From positions 64,001-128,000 of the IMG/VR virus record IMGVR_UViG_3300025466_000012: a stretch of 64,000 bases of DNA. One strand, 5' to 3'. Position numbers and translations under genes: made by a program. The first letter of the stretch is position 1; each line of letters starts with the position of its first letter. This stretch comes from a virus. Shown in pieces: positions 28,675-38,155 of this stretch. The notes under the pieces are model-generated. The model was not told where the DNA came from. It was given only the letters and a program-made list of their open reading frames with translations, and did no database searches.

Positions 28675-29103
28675 ACAAACACTTTAACCTTACGGTCTCT
28701 TGACCTTCCTTCGATACACAAATTTGGTATCGGATTTGATTCCATGTTTGATGAACTCAATCGAATACAGAATCAACAAACCAACTATCCGCCGTACAAT
28801 ATAGTGAAAATTTCAGAAGACAACTTCCTGATTGAAATCGCTGTGGCCGGATTTGCTCGAGATGAAATCGATATCCAGTTGGAAAATCGTGTGTTGACTG
28901 TGCGAGGAACCAAGACAGCATCAGCACATGACTATCTACACAAAGGTATCAGTGATCGTGATTTCGTAAGAAATTTCACCTTGGCCGAGCATGTGGAAGT
29001 GAATCATGCAGTGCAAAAAGATGGCATCTTGACTATCAATCTGGAACGTATCATTCCAGAGGAAAAGAAGCCAAAGACCATTGCTATCACTTACTCAAAG
29101 TAG
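28672..29103 (+). CDS. small heat-shock protein Hsp20 (IbpA-like)
   Basis: YPPYNI, IEIAVAGF, YLHKGI..RDF.R.F.LAEHVEV, DGILTI. Confidence 0.95.
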   Translation: MTNTLTLRSLDLPSIHKFGIGFDSMFDELNRIQNQQTNYPPYNIVKISEDNFLIEIAVAGFARDEIDIQLENRVLTVRGTKTASAHDYLHKGISDRDFVRNFTLAEHVEVNHAVQKDGILTINLERIIPEEKKPKTIAITYSK

Positions 29104-29119
29104 TAAACTAGTGTAAATA

Positions 29120-29142
29120 CAGTGGGCGAGTCTCGCCCACTG
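29120..29142. other. GC-rich hairpin without U-tract between hsp20 and clpS
   Basis: CAGTGGGCGA-GTC-TCGCCCACTG perfect 10-bp stem directly after TAAATA (29114-29119). Confidence 0.7.
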
Positions 29143-29170
29143 CTATACAACCAAGGTAAAAGGAACCAGC

Positions 29171-29479
29171 ATGTCACAATCAGACGCCATAACAAAAATA
29201 AAAATCAATCACGAGTTGGCAGAACCACCCATGTTCAAGGTCATATACCTCAATGATAGCCTGACCACCATGGAGTTCGTGATTGAAACCTTGATGAGTT
29301 TTTTTAATTATACCACCGAAACTGCTGTCAAGATCACCGAAGATATACATACTCTAGGTGCAGCCACTGTGGCAGTGTTGCCATATGAAATAGCCGAGCA
29401 AAAGGGTATCGAAGTCACAGTACATGCTCGCACACAAAATTTCCCGCTACAGATCAAGCTAGAACCCGAAGTGCCATAA
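29171..29479 (+). CDS. clpS: Clp protease adaptor ClpS
   Basis: PPMFKVIYLND..TTMEFV, IH..G.A.VAV.PYEIAEQK, FPLQIKLEP. Confidence 0.92.
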   Translation: MSQSDAITKIKINHELAEPPMFKVIYLNDSLTTMEFVIETLMSFFNYTTETAVKITEDIHTLGAATVAVLPYEIAEQKGIEVTVHARTQNFPLQIKLEPEVP

Positions 29480-29518
29480 AACTAGTACAGCATAACACCC
29501 GGGCGGACAACTCTCAAT

Positions 29519-30307
29519 CTAGAACTTTATTTCAATGCGTTTGGGATGGTACACCGACTGTTTCCATTCGGTGTTGCCACGTCCGCGACAGTTGTTCACA
29601 TAACGGACTCCTTGGCTGATACGATCCACTGATTTGTGATAGTGCCCAAAGCACCAGGTGTCAATCTTGTGTTCGGTATCGCGAGTGAGCACAGTGCTCA
29701 TGAGACTGTTGCCCATGGTGTTGAACCTGTACTCACCACGCAGGTCCAGATCGTGTTCGATAAGCCAGCTGGCTGGCACAGTATGAGTGACCAACACAAT
29801 GCGTCGCACTTCTTGATGTGTTTGCAATCTTTTGACACTGTTGATCAGATACATGGCATCCTGGTATGCCCTGAGTTCGATTTCGTTACTGACCGGTGCA
29901 GGAAAACCATAGCGATCCTGCGTCCAGACTCGGGTTTCTTCAAGATCTATGTCGGCATCAAAATCGTAACTCCACCAACCGTTGGCAGCCAAGATGGCCA
30001 CACCATTGATTATGACCACATCGCTGTGCAAATAAACCACACCGGGTATGGATTTCAGGGTTTGTTCTACAGCTTGATAACTGCCGTTGAGGTCATCCAG
30101 TTGATGTCTATGTTCGTCGTTGCCATCTATATAAAACACAGCCTGGTAGCAACAAGCCAGGTGCCCGAGTGCATCTTCCATGGCTGCTGGATCTCGGCCA
30201 ACATCGCCGGCTACCACACAATAGGGACTGGTGGCTTGCCCGGTCCAGTCAAACTGCGGCCAGGTATCAACGTGTAGATCAGAAATTAAATCAAAGGCAA
30301 ATGTCAT
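29519..30307 (-). CDS. calcineurin-like metallophosphoesterase
   Basis: SDLH, AGD, DGNDEH, VTHTVP, FGHYH motifs. Confidence 0.9.
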   Translation of the reverse strand: MTFAFDLISDLHVDTWPQFDWTGQATSPYCVVAGDVGRDPAAMEDALGHLACCYQAVFYIDGNDEHRHQLDDLNGSYQAVEQTLKSIPGVVYLHSDVVIINGVAILAANGWWSYDFDADIDLEETRVWTQDRYGFPAPVSNEIELRAYQDAMYLINSVKRLQTHQEVRRIVLVTHTVPASWLIEHDLDLRGEYRFNTMGNSLMSTVLTRDTEHKIDTWCFGHYHKSVDRISQGVRYVNNCRGRGNTEWKQSVYHPKRIEIKF

Positions 30308-30331
30308 GATACATATTTAAAAGGAAATGCA

Positions 30332-30688
30332 ATGAACATAATATTTGGAACCGACCTAGTCGAAGGCATAGCGCAAAAACACACCCTGTTGGAATTGGAT
30401 ACCATACGTGTGATATCCACCGGCCAACTGAGCACAGCCTATTGTGTGGTAGAGAAGATACCAGTCGACGAGCTGACACGATTGGAAGAAATGAAAAATC
30501 TTCACGATGCCATGTTACAGGATTACAAGACCCGTGCCTGGAACGAGTGTGAAAAGAAGTTGCAACAACTCATGCACGCCTGGGGTACCGAGCTGGACAG
30601 TTTCTATGAGATCATGTTGGCCCGTGTCACGGAATTCAAGATCCAGGATCCAGGTCCATCATGGACAGCGGTCGTTGATCGAGACTAA
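30332..30688 (+). CDS. protein resembling the helical C-terminal region of adenylate/guanylate cyclases (no catalytic domain)
   Basis: LELDTIRV...YKTRAWNEC...FYEIMLARV...W pattern recalled from cyclase C-termini. Confidence 0.45.
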   Translation: MNIIFGTDLVEGIAQKHTLLELDTIRVISTGQLSTAYCVVEKIPVDELTRLEEMKNLHDAMLQDYKTRAWNECEKKLQQLMHAWGTELDSFYEIMLARVTEFKIQDPGPSWTAVVDRD

Positions 30689-31949
30689 GGCATATCTTGT
30701 CAGGATCTTGGGTTTGTGCAGACATTATTTTTTTTATACGATTGATATCTGCAATGTTAGGAAGGAGAATGCTAGTTTCATCAATCAACGCCTGCAGTTT
30801 GATAGGATCAGCTGTCTGATCATTCCAAAAATTTAAAAATCCCTGATAATCTTTAGATTGTGATACTTGTTGTATAGCAGTGTCTAGATTGGTTTTGAGT
30901 TCGGTTACTACCTGATCAAAAAATTCTGTGCTAAAAAAATGTTTGCGATTATGATCAGCTATGATCTGAGCTTGTGCAACACGTTCTTGGCGTATTTTAG
31001 GATCCCAGTTTTCTATATCTCGCATAAGACTGGTAATCTGTTTCAGTCTTGAATCAGAATCGGTTTCAAGGTCGTACTGCTCGGGCCAGATCTCGTCAAA
31101 AGTCCTAAATCCATAGTCGCGTAAATATTCCAGACTTCCATAAGTACCGGCCAATATGAATGGTTTGCCTAAAGCAATGGGTCGTAATATTTTTTCTGTC
31201 AGGTGCAAGCGCCCGTCGTCAAACAAGGTTTCCAATACCACTTCGATGTCGAACGTATTATAATCGTCAAGATCAAAGTCTGCGCTACTGTTACTGTCGG
31301 CGTCGGTTGGATGGAAATATTTTTCAAGATTGTGAATTGGTTTCCATTTTGGGTTATCAAATTGATGTTGTTGAAAGTGTGCTTGACAACCAGGATCTAC
31401 AGGATTGAACCAAGTACGACAACTATTAACCAAATCGTGGTCTATCAGGTAATCCAAAAATTTCAACCGGTATTCTCTGGTGCCGCCCCAAGATCTGTTG
31501 TACGCTAGAAATGTTTTTTGTGGGCAAGGATGTAGTACTACGTGCCGAGCATACCTAAACCAGTCTAGGGCAATAACAGCATGACTCCACCAATAACTTG
31601 GTACATAATTATCTTGTGTATATTGTTCTAGATTTGTGCTTCTTTTTTCGCTATGCAACAACACCGACTGTTGACGCATACTAGGGTATTTAAAATGCTT
31701 AAATTTTCCAAATAATGAGTCATATCTCACCATATTTTTATAAAAATCATAAGCGAGAGGTTCCTGATCGTGACAGTATATGTGTGGATGCATCACCTCA
31801 AGGTAAAAGTCTATAAGCCTTGTTGTAGTCAAATCTAGTAGATTTTTTGACCCGTGCGGGTAAAAACGATAAATTATAACACGATCTTTGAAAATGGATT
31901 GTGCAGTATCTTCAATGTACTGATACAGGCGATCTAATGGTATACTCAT
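30636..31949 (-). CDS. glycosyltransferase-like protein (LTEK family)
   Basis: EVVLETLF...HLTEKILRP...GFRTFDEIW.E.YD; reverse TAAATA at 31956-31961. Confidence 0.5.
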   Translation of the reverse strand: MSIPLDRLYQYIEDTAQSIFKDRVIIYRFYPHGSKNLLDLTTTRLIDFYLEVMHPHIYCHDQEPLAYDFYKNMVRYDSLFGKFKHFKYPSMRQQSVLLHSEKRSTNLEQYTQDNYVPSYWWSHAVIALDWFRYARHVVLHPCPQKTFLAYNRSWGGTREYRLKFLDYLIDHDLVNSCRTWFNPVDPGCQAHFQQHQFDNPKWKPIHNLEKYFHPTDADSNSSADFDLDDYNTFDIEVVLETLFDDGRLHLTEKILRPIALGKPFILAGTYGSLEYLRDYGFRTFDEIWPEQYDLETDSDSRLKQITSLMRDIENWDPKIRQERVAQAQIIADHNRKHFFSTEFFDQVVTELKTNLDTAIQQVSQSKDYQGFLNFWNDQTADPIKLQALIDETSILLPNIADINRIKKIMSAQTQDPDKICLSLDQRPLSMMDLDPGS

Positions 31950-31987
31950 GACTGGTATTTACAACAGATTTTAACTACATAAAAAAA

Positions 31988-32494
31988 ATGATACTATATC
32001 ACAAAATCCAAGTTGTTTGGGACGACGAATTCAAGACTCTTGATTATGTGCAAGAACGATTCAATGATCCTGATAAAATAGCGGAATGGAAACAGCTAGG
32101 CTATCAAAATGTAGCCACCGGTTTCATGTGCGATATGCGCAGTCCACAACCCAGCTGGAACGATCAGATCGTGCAACAGTTTGTTGACCGTGGTTGGAAC
32201 GATGTGGGAACCAGTTATTATCGCATGGGGTCAGGAGTCATCTTGCCCACACACCGCGATCTCTACAAAAAATATATCGAACTGTTTGATCTGCAAGGAC
32301 AGGAATCACGCATCAGACGTGCGTTGATTTTTTTAGAGGACTGGCAACCCGGGCACTATGCCGAGTACGAGGATCATCCATTTGTGAGCTGGCATGCTGG
32401 GGACGTGGTTGAATGGGTTTACGATGCTCCGCACATGGCAGCCAATCTGGGTCTGACTCCCAGGTATACTCTGCAGATCACAGGTTGGGTATGA
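31988..32494 (+). CDS. 2OG-Fe(II) oxygenase-like / cupin protein
   Basis: HxD (LPTHRD) and distal His (APHMAAN), R.TLQITG. Confidence 0.7.
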   Translation: MILYHKIQVVWDDEFKTLDYVQERFNDPDKIAEWKQLGYQNVATGFMCDMRSPQPSWNDQIVQQFVDRGWNDVGTSYYRMGSGVILPTHRDLYKKYIELFDLQGQESRIRRALIFLEDWQPGHYAEYEDHPFVSWHAGDVVEWVYDAPHMAANLGLTPRYTLQITGWV

Positions 32495-33405
32495 TCAATT
32501 CTGTCAACGAATGGAGCACACTGAAGCAGGTTGTGGTAGGATCGGCCACTCATGCCAATTGGCCCACAAACGATCCGGTATTTGCCCAGGAGTCTCGCAA
32601 GACCACTTGGCATACTTCACCGGTACCGTCCGGTCCGGTAGCACAACGAATCATAGACGAAGCCAATGAAGATCTTGACTGTTTGGCAACTACCTTGACC
32701 ACATTGGGTGTGGAAGTCTTGAGACCACAGACGTTTGACTTCCAACAAGCAGGGGGCATGTACAACTATTGCCCTAGAGATCGACTTTTGATCTATGGTG
32801 ACATCGTGATTGACTGTGCCATGATGTACCCGGGTAGAGATATGGAAATACAACAACTGGATTGTGTGATCGAACAGGCTGGTCGAGTGATACACATGCC
32901 GAGAGACCAAGGCTTGGTCTTGGATGCAGCCAATGTGTTGCGTCTAGGCGACAGCATGCTGTTTTTGGAATCAGCATCGGGCAATCGCAAGGCCTATGAA
33001 TGGTTGTGTTTGCAGTTTCCTGAGGTATCAATTGAACTGTGCAACTTTTATTCGGGTGTGCATATTGACAGCACCATAGTGCCGTTGCGTGAAGGCCTGG
33101 TACTGTTGAATGGTAGTCGAGTGACCTGGGATAACTGTCCCAGAGTGTTCCAAAACTGGCACAAGATTTATGTACACGATGTGATAGCGCAAGATTTTTA
33201 TCAGTATCCGTATGCATCCAAATGGATAGCCATGAACATGTTGGTGGTTGACCCACACACAGTCATAGTGGATCGTCATCAGACTGATCTGATCAAGAGT
33301 TTGGAAAATTGGCATTTTACAGTGATACCACTGGAACTGAGACACAGTCGCACTTTGGGAGGTGGATTCCATTGTGTGACCCTGGACACTAGGAGACAAA
33401 CATGA
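32491..33405 (+). CDS. amidinotransferase (glycine/inosamine-phosphate amidinotransferase family)
   Basis: NEWSTLK.VVVG, CPRD, DAANV, HID, GGGFHCVTLD catalytic Cys. Confidence 0.9.
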   Translation: MINSVNEWSTLKQVVVGSATHANWPTNDPVFAQESRKTTWHTSPVPSGPVAQRIIDEANEDLDCLATTLTTLGVEVLRPQTFDFQQAGGMYNYCPRDRLLIYGDIVIDCAMMYPGRDMEIQQLDCVIEQAGRVIHMPRDQGLVLDAANVLRLGDSMLFLESASGNRKAYEWLCLQFPEVSIELCNFYSGVHIDSTIVPLREGLVLLNGSRVTWDNCPRVFQNWHKIYVHDVIAQDFYQYPYASKWIAMNMLVVDPHTVIVDRHQTDLIKSLENWHFTVIPLELRHSRTLGGGFHCVTLDTRRQT

Positions 33406-33959
33406 ATATCAGCTGGGTATTGGCCGACGCGGCCACTATAGATCCCACACAGGAATTGGAAATTCTCAAACACATTGGACCATTCTGGGGCAGCTGGCGC
33501 ACCTGGCGTGCCTATCTGACCGACAACGTGATCTGTCATGATCTGGCCCGTGCTGACGAATTGCTCCGGCGCGAATTCCAACGCAGTTGTAATCTTTACA
33601 TACCCGAATCGATCTATACCGGTCTAGCTCGACCTGATGGTGTACAAGTCTACCAAGGTGATTTTGTTCACGACGTGATCCGTAAAGAAGAAATAGTGGC
33701 CATGCACCTGTCGGCCTCGACCAGCGACATCGTGCTGTTGATCGGATTTGACTGGAGCACGCACGAAAAAAATTCCAATAGACTGACAGAACACCAAGCT
33801 CAACACTACCTGGGGTTAACTGCCCAGGTCATACGTGATAACCCTGGCACACAATGGGTCTTGATTGATCATGTTGCCGAACTGCACCCAAATTTCTCCA
33901 AATTGGAGAATCTGACCCAGGACACTATGGCCGGTGTGCTTGGGCTACTAGCTGGTTGA
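33402..33959 (+). CDS. hypothetical protein
   Basis: DIVLLIGFD motif; stop lies within the uvsE -35 box. Confidence 0.7.
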   Translation: MNISWVLADAATIDPTQELEILKHIGPFWGSWRTWRAYLTDNVICHDLARADELLRREFQRSCNLYIPESIYTGLARPDGVQVYQGDFVHDVIRKEEIVAMHLSASTSDIVLLIGFDWSTHEKNSNRLTEHQAQHYLGLTAQVIRDNPGTQWVLIDHVAELHPNFSKLENLTQDTMAGVLGLLAG

Positions 33960-33992
33960 CTCAATAAACAATCTCAGCATATAATATATGCT

Positions 33993-35012
33993 ATGGATAC
34001 TCTAAAACGAATTGGTTTCTGTTGCAAATGGCTCAACGATCCCAGCGAATGCGGCGGCATGAAAGTGAACGCCGTGGATAGGGAATTGAATGGTCGTAGT
34101 ACAACCATGCGTTGGTTGCGTGAACATCCCGAGGAAGCCGAACAGCGCCAGTGGGACATCATGAATCACAACACCACGGCCGCTGTGAAAATGATTGAAC
34201 GTGTGGCCACCTTGCCTGCCGAACGCAGAATGGTTAGACTGGGGTCGGAGATGCTACAGGGCTATACCGAGAAAGACTGGAAAGCGTGGTGGCAACAGAT
34301 CGATGTGCAAAATCACCTTGAGAGAATATTTGCTTCCATCGGTGAAACGGCCAGACGACTGGACGTGCGACTCAGTTTCCATCCCGGACAGTTCTGTTGT
34401 ATAGTCAGCAATAATCCTGGTATTGTGGAAAGATCATTAGAAGAATTAGAATATCATGCTGACATGGCTCGCTGGATGGGCTACGGTAAATCCAAGTTGG
34501 ATTTCAAGATCAATGTGCATCTGAGCGGCAAATTAGGTGTTGCTGGATTTGATACAGCTTGGCAAAAAATGAGCCCGGAACTACGAAATTGTCTTACATT
34601 AGAAAATGACGAATATCAAGCCGGTCTTGATGTCCTGTTACCATTAGGCAAGCGTGTTGGCATAGTGCTAGACATACATCATCATTTTATCAATACCGGG
34701 GAATACATTAACTCGCAAGATCATCGTATTTCTCAAGTAATTGACAGTTGGCAAGGCGTTAGACCAGCAATACATTACAGTCAATCAAGAGAAGAACACA
34801 TTGCCGAATTTATTGATATCATGCCGTCGCTGGAACAACTGTTAACAATCACCAACAAAGCCAAATTGAGATCCCACAGTGATTTTTACAACAATAAACA
34901 ACTCAATGCATGGGCGTTGACACATCTAGAGTGGGCAGATATACAAACAGAAAGCAAGGGAAAAAATCTGGCTGCCGGGCAGCTGTTTAATCAGTGGCAG
35001 GAATCCATCTAA
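33993..35012 (+). CDS. uvsE: UV-damage endonuclease UvsE/UVDE
   Basis: RLSFHPGQF, INVH, LTLENDE, VLDIHHH, HYSQS, HSD, ESKGKN; promoter TTGACT-18-TATAAT at 33956-33985. Confidence 0.93.
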   Translation: MDTLKRIGFCCKWLNDPSECGGMKVNAVDRELNGRSTTMRWLREHPEEAEQRQWDIMNHNTTAAVKMIERVATLPAERRMVRLGSEMLQGYTEKDWKAWWQQIDVQNHLERIFASIGETARRLDVRLSFHPGQFCCIVSNNPGIVERSLEELEYHADMARWMGYGKSKLDFKINVHLSGKLGVAGFDTAWQKMSPELRNCLTLENDEYQAGLDVLLPLGKRVGIVLDIHHHFINTGEYINSQDHRISQVIDSWQGVRPAIHYSQSREEHIAEFIDIMPSLEQLLTITNKAKLRSHSDFYNNKQLNAWALTHLEWADIQTESKGKNLAAGQLFNQWQESI

Positions 35013-35676
35013 ATCTTTTTTTTCCGGTCTCGTCGGTATAAGATTTTCTTTTGAGTCCTGCATATTTTATTTTCTTAGTTTCGCAACCGGCAAGTGTTCT
35101 GGCTGATCGTTGTGCCGGGGTCATTTTTGCATTTCGTTGAGTCGCTGATTTTTTATAAGACTCTATTGCTGCTAAACTGCGTTTTTCGCCTTTGCGAGAT
35201 TTGAGAGCATTTATTTGATTTTCTCTCAATTTGGGATCCTGCCATCGTGCTTGCATTGATTTTGAAATGGATTCCGCGCCAGCCCTTGTTTTATTATTCT
35301 TTCCTCTATTAGCATCACCACATTTTTTCTTGTTAGCGTCAGTATGAGTCTTGCCGTGGAATCCATTTTGTTCACCAAATAATATTGGAGGATTAGCGTT
35401 TTTGCAAATGTTGGTTAAATTTTCAATACCAATATCTTCTATCAACTGTTCTTCAAATTGTATAGATTGTTGTTTGGTTAAGTTGGTTTCGACCAATTCG
35501 ACTCCGACTTCAAGACCCATTGATTGTATTTTTCTAATAACTCGATCTTTGTGCGGATTATTACACCCACTGGTAAATTTCAAGTGCGACCAAGCCCGTT
35601 GTTCTTTGCCTTCGCCCACATAAAACGTCTTTCCGTTTCTTGGATCAATCAGTCGATATACATAATAATTGTTCAT
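34987..35676 (-). mobile_element. GIY-YIG (LEM-3-like) homing endonuclease with NUMOD3
   Basis: YYVYRLIDPRNGKTFYVGEG...R..SH, E..LI, NLTN; GFHGKTHT; own reverse TAAATA at 35682-35687. Confidence 0.85.
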
Positions 35677-35738
35677 AATAGTATTTAGTGTATTGGCGTC
35701 AGACTTGATATTTAGTATATTTTATGCTACAATAAACA

Positions 35739-35969
35739 ATGGATCAATTTCAAGCATGGCCACCACCTAACAATTGGACCCAGGTAGTGATACCATGGAG
35801 TACCATGTTGGCCCATGCGAACCACAGCCCGCATGAGATTATTGAATGGGTTGAATGTCAACCTGGTGGGCAGTATCATCTGCACGGTTATCGGTCTGTG
35901 GAAGGATTTGCTTTTAGATTTGAAAATCCCCAAGATGCTGTATTTTTTAAATTACGATGGGAAATATGA
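35739..35969 (+). CDS. hypothetical protein
   Basis: FRFENPQDAVFFKLRW C-terminus. Confidence 0.7.
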   Translation: MDQFQAWPPPNNWTQVVIPWSTMLAHANHSPHEIIEWVECQPGGQYHLHGYRSVEGFAFRFENPQDAVFFKLRWEI

Positions 35970-36256
35970 AACAGACTATGTTGGGTATGATTGCGTATGT
36001 ACGCAACGATTATCAAGCCAATCGAACTAGATTTTTTGCCGAGCTGTTTGCCTGGTTATGTAGCGTGACCTCGGCAGTGACCTTTGCGGCCACTGTGCCT
36101 GATATTCCTTTGATACCACTGTACATGGTGTTTATCAGCGGCTGTGTTGCAGCCGCTTGGGCCTGCTGGACTCGTAGGAGTTTTGGACTGCTGTCTAACT
36201 ATGTGTTCATGATCGTGATTGACTGTGTAGGTCTCACACGCCTACTGCTTCACTGA
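35966..36256 (+). CDS. small membrane protein
   Basis: Three hydrophobic segments. Confidence 0.7.
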   Translation: MKQTMLGMIAYVRNDYQANRTRFFAELFAWLCSVTSAVTFAATVPDIPLIPLYMVFISGCVAAAWACWTRRSFGLLSNYVFMIVIDCVGLTRLLLH

Positions 36257-36564
36257 GATTTTTTGGCTCTGGGCTTGCGCGGTTTGCGTTTGGCAGTGGT
36301 CGCAGTATCGGTCGCAGCTGGTTTGGCCACTGGTTTTTTGACCGGTTTGCGTTTGACAGGCGCTGTGTCGGCTGGCTCAGGTGTTGTTTCGGGCTTGGCA
36401 ATAATACCACCAAAGGTTAAATTGCCCTTTGCAGGCGTTGTGTCGGCTGGCTCAGGTGTTGGTTCAACATCGGCTGGCTGACTCTTGGGTGTAGGCCATG
36501 GCCAATGTCCAGCAGGATCCACTTTTGGTTTGATACCGAACAACTTCTTTAAAAATGATTGCAT
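36250..36564 (-). CDS. Pro/Lys-rich protein with basic histone-like tail
   Basis: AGGAG SD and reverse TAAATA at 36585-36590; internal 30-bp repeat (36357-36386, 36432-36461) encoding TPEPADT. Confidence 0.7.
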   Translation of the reverse strand: MQSFLKKLFGIKPKVDPAGHWPWPTPKSQPADVEPTPEPADTTPAKGNLTFGGIIAKPETTPEPADTAPVKRKPVKKPVAKPAATDTATTAKRKPRKPRAKKSQ

Positions 36565-36705
36565 ACTGATCTCCTTGTGTCTGATATTTAGTTCAATTTT
36601 GCCGAACCTCGAAAACTTATATTATATTTGTTGTGTTGCGTGGTAAATATCAGTACAATTACTATTAGTGAAAACCACTATAGTCCAACTCAAGGAAAAC
36701 ACACA

Positions 36706-36870
36706 ATGTTAAAACTTATCAAATCACTTGCCCGCTTGTTGACCACAACCGGTTCTATCAGTACCGGACTGGATGACTACATCAACAGCAAACGACCAAC
36801 CAGTGTGGCCGAAATTGAAAATCTTACTAGACAATATCTAGCAAGAGGCGTTTGCGGTCGAATCATATGA
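36706..36870 (+). CDS. 54-aa protein, possibly DUF3563-like
   Basis: SD AAGGA; LDDYINSKRPTSVAEIENLTRQY. Confidence 0.6.
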   Translation: MLKLIKSLARLLTTTGSISTGLDDYINSKRPTSVAEIENLTRQYLARGVCGRII

Positions 36871-37394
36871 TAACTACCCGATTTCTGCCATCGGCAAATT
36901 TTGATCAATACGGTGAATGGATCAAACGGCAGGATCAGGAAACACGCAATTTGTATTTTGGTATGGCCACGTCTGACGCTGTGATCGACAGCCTCATGGA
37001 CCGTGTACACAACAATTTGCATGACCACCGGATTCTGGTAGCTCAGGACGGAAATCAATGGGTGGGAACATTGCACATGGCCATGTCCGGACGTACCGTA
37101 GAATTTGGTCTCATAGTACGATCTGATTGTAGGGGCCAAGGCATTGCATCCGTCATGCTGGAACAGGCCTTGACCTGGGTCAAGAATCGCGGCTATCAAG
37201 AGCTGTTCATGCATTGCCTGGGGCACAACCGTCCGATACAGCATCTGTGTGCCAAGCACGGATTACCGGCACGCAACATGCACGGTGACAGCCAAGTACA
37301 TCTAAGATTGAGTCCGCCCACTTGGTTGACCATGATCAGCGAAATAAACACCAACTATAAGAATATCTGGTACAGCTGGTTGCAAAAAAGCTGA
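36867..37394 (+). CDS. GNAT-family acetyltransferase
   Basis: EFGLIVRSDCRGQGIAS acetyl-CoA loop; N..IQHL. Confidence 0.88.
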   Translation: MITTRFLPSANFDQYGEWIKRQDQETRNLYFGMATSDAVIDSLMDRVHNNLHDHRILVAQDGNQWVGTLHMAMSGRTVEFGLIVRSDCRGQGIASVMLEQALTWVKNRGYQELFMHCLGHNRPIQHLCAKHGLPARNMHGDSQVHLRLSPPTWLTMISEINTNYKNIWYSWLQKS

Positions 37395-37428
37395 ATAATA
37401 TTTCAAGAGATATCAGACTAAGTACTAG

Positions 37429-38133
37429 ATGAACACAATCATCGCTACCCTGGTCATGACACACATAACCATAATATGTGTGACACTATACTTACACCGC
37501 AGCCAAGCACATCGCGGAGTCGAATTCCATCCTGTGGTGGCACATGCCATGCGTGCATGGTTATGGTTGACCACGGGCATGATCACACGACAATGGGTGG
37601 CCATACACAGAAAACATCACAGATTCAGTGACCAACCAGGAGATCCGCACAGCCCGCATGTGCATGGTATCTGGAACATTGTGACACGTGGAGTCTGGTA
37701 CTATGTGACCGAAGGACGTAACACTCAAACCATGATGGCCTATGGTCGCGGTACTCCAACTGATTGGATCGAACGGCACCTGTACACCAGATACAACTGG
37801 TTGGGCGTGGCTGTGATGGCAACCATTGATATGGCCGTGTTTGGTTGGACAGGAATGCTGGTTTGGGCGGTGCAAATAGCCTGGATTCCATTCTGGGCCG
37901 CAGGTGTGGTCAACGGCATTGGACACTGGGTTGGCTATAGAAATGGCCAAACACGTGACCAAAGCAGAAATGTTGTGCCCATCGACCTTGTTGTTGGTGG
38001 TGAGCTATTGCACAACAACCACCATCTTGATCCTGCCAATCCACGCTTGAGTCGACGCTGGTGGGAATTTGATATTGGTTGGATGTATATACAGATACTG
38101 CGTGGACTGGGACTGGCCACACTGCGAACATGA
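37429..38133 (+). CDS. membrane-bound acyl-CoA/fatty-acid desaturase
   Basis: His boxes HRSQAH, HRKHH, HNNHH; WWEFDIGW. Confidence 0.93.
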   Translation: MNTIIATLVMTHITIICVTLYLHRSQAHRGVEFHPVVAHAMRAWLWLTTGMITRQWVAIHRKHHRFSDQPGDPHSPHVHGIWNIVTRGVWYYVTEGRNTQTMMAYGRGTPTDWIERHLYTRYNWLGVAVMATIDMAVFGWTGMLVWAVQIAWIPFWAAGVVNGIGHWVGYRNGQTRDQSRNVVPIDLVVGGELLHNNHHLDPANPRLSRRWWEFDIGWMYIQILRGLGLATLRT

Positions 38134-38155
38134 ATTTAACCGGATCCGTAGGAAA

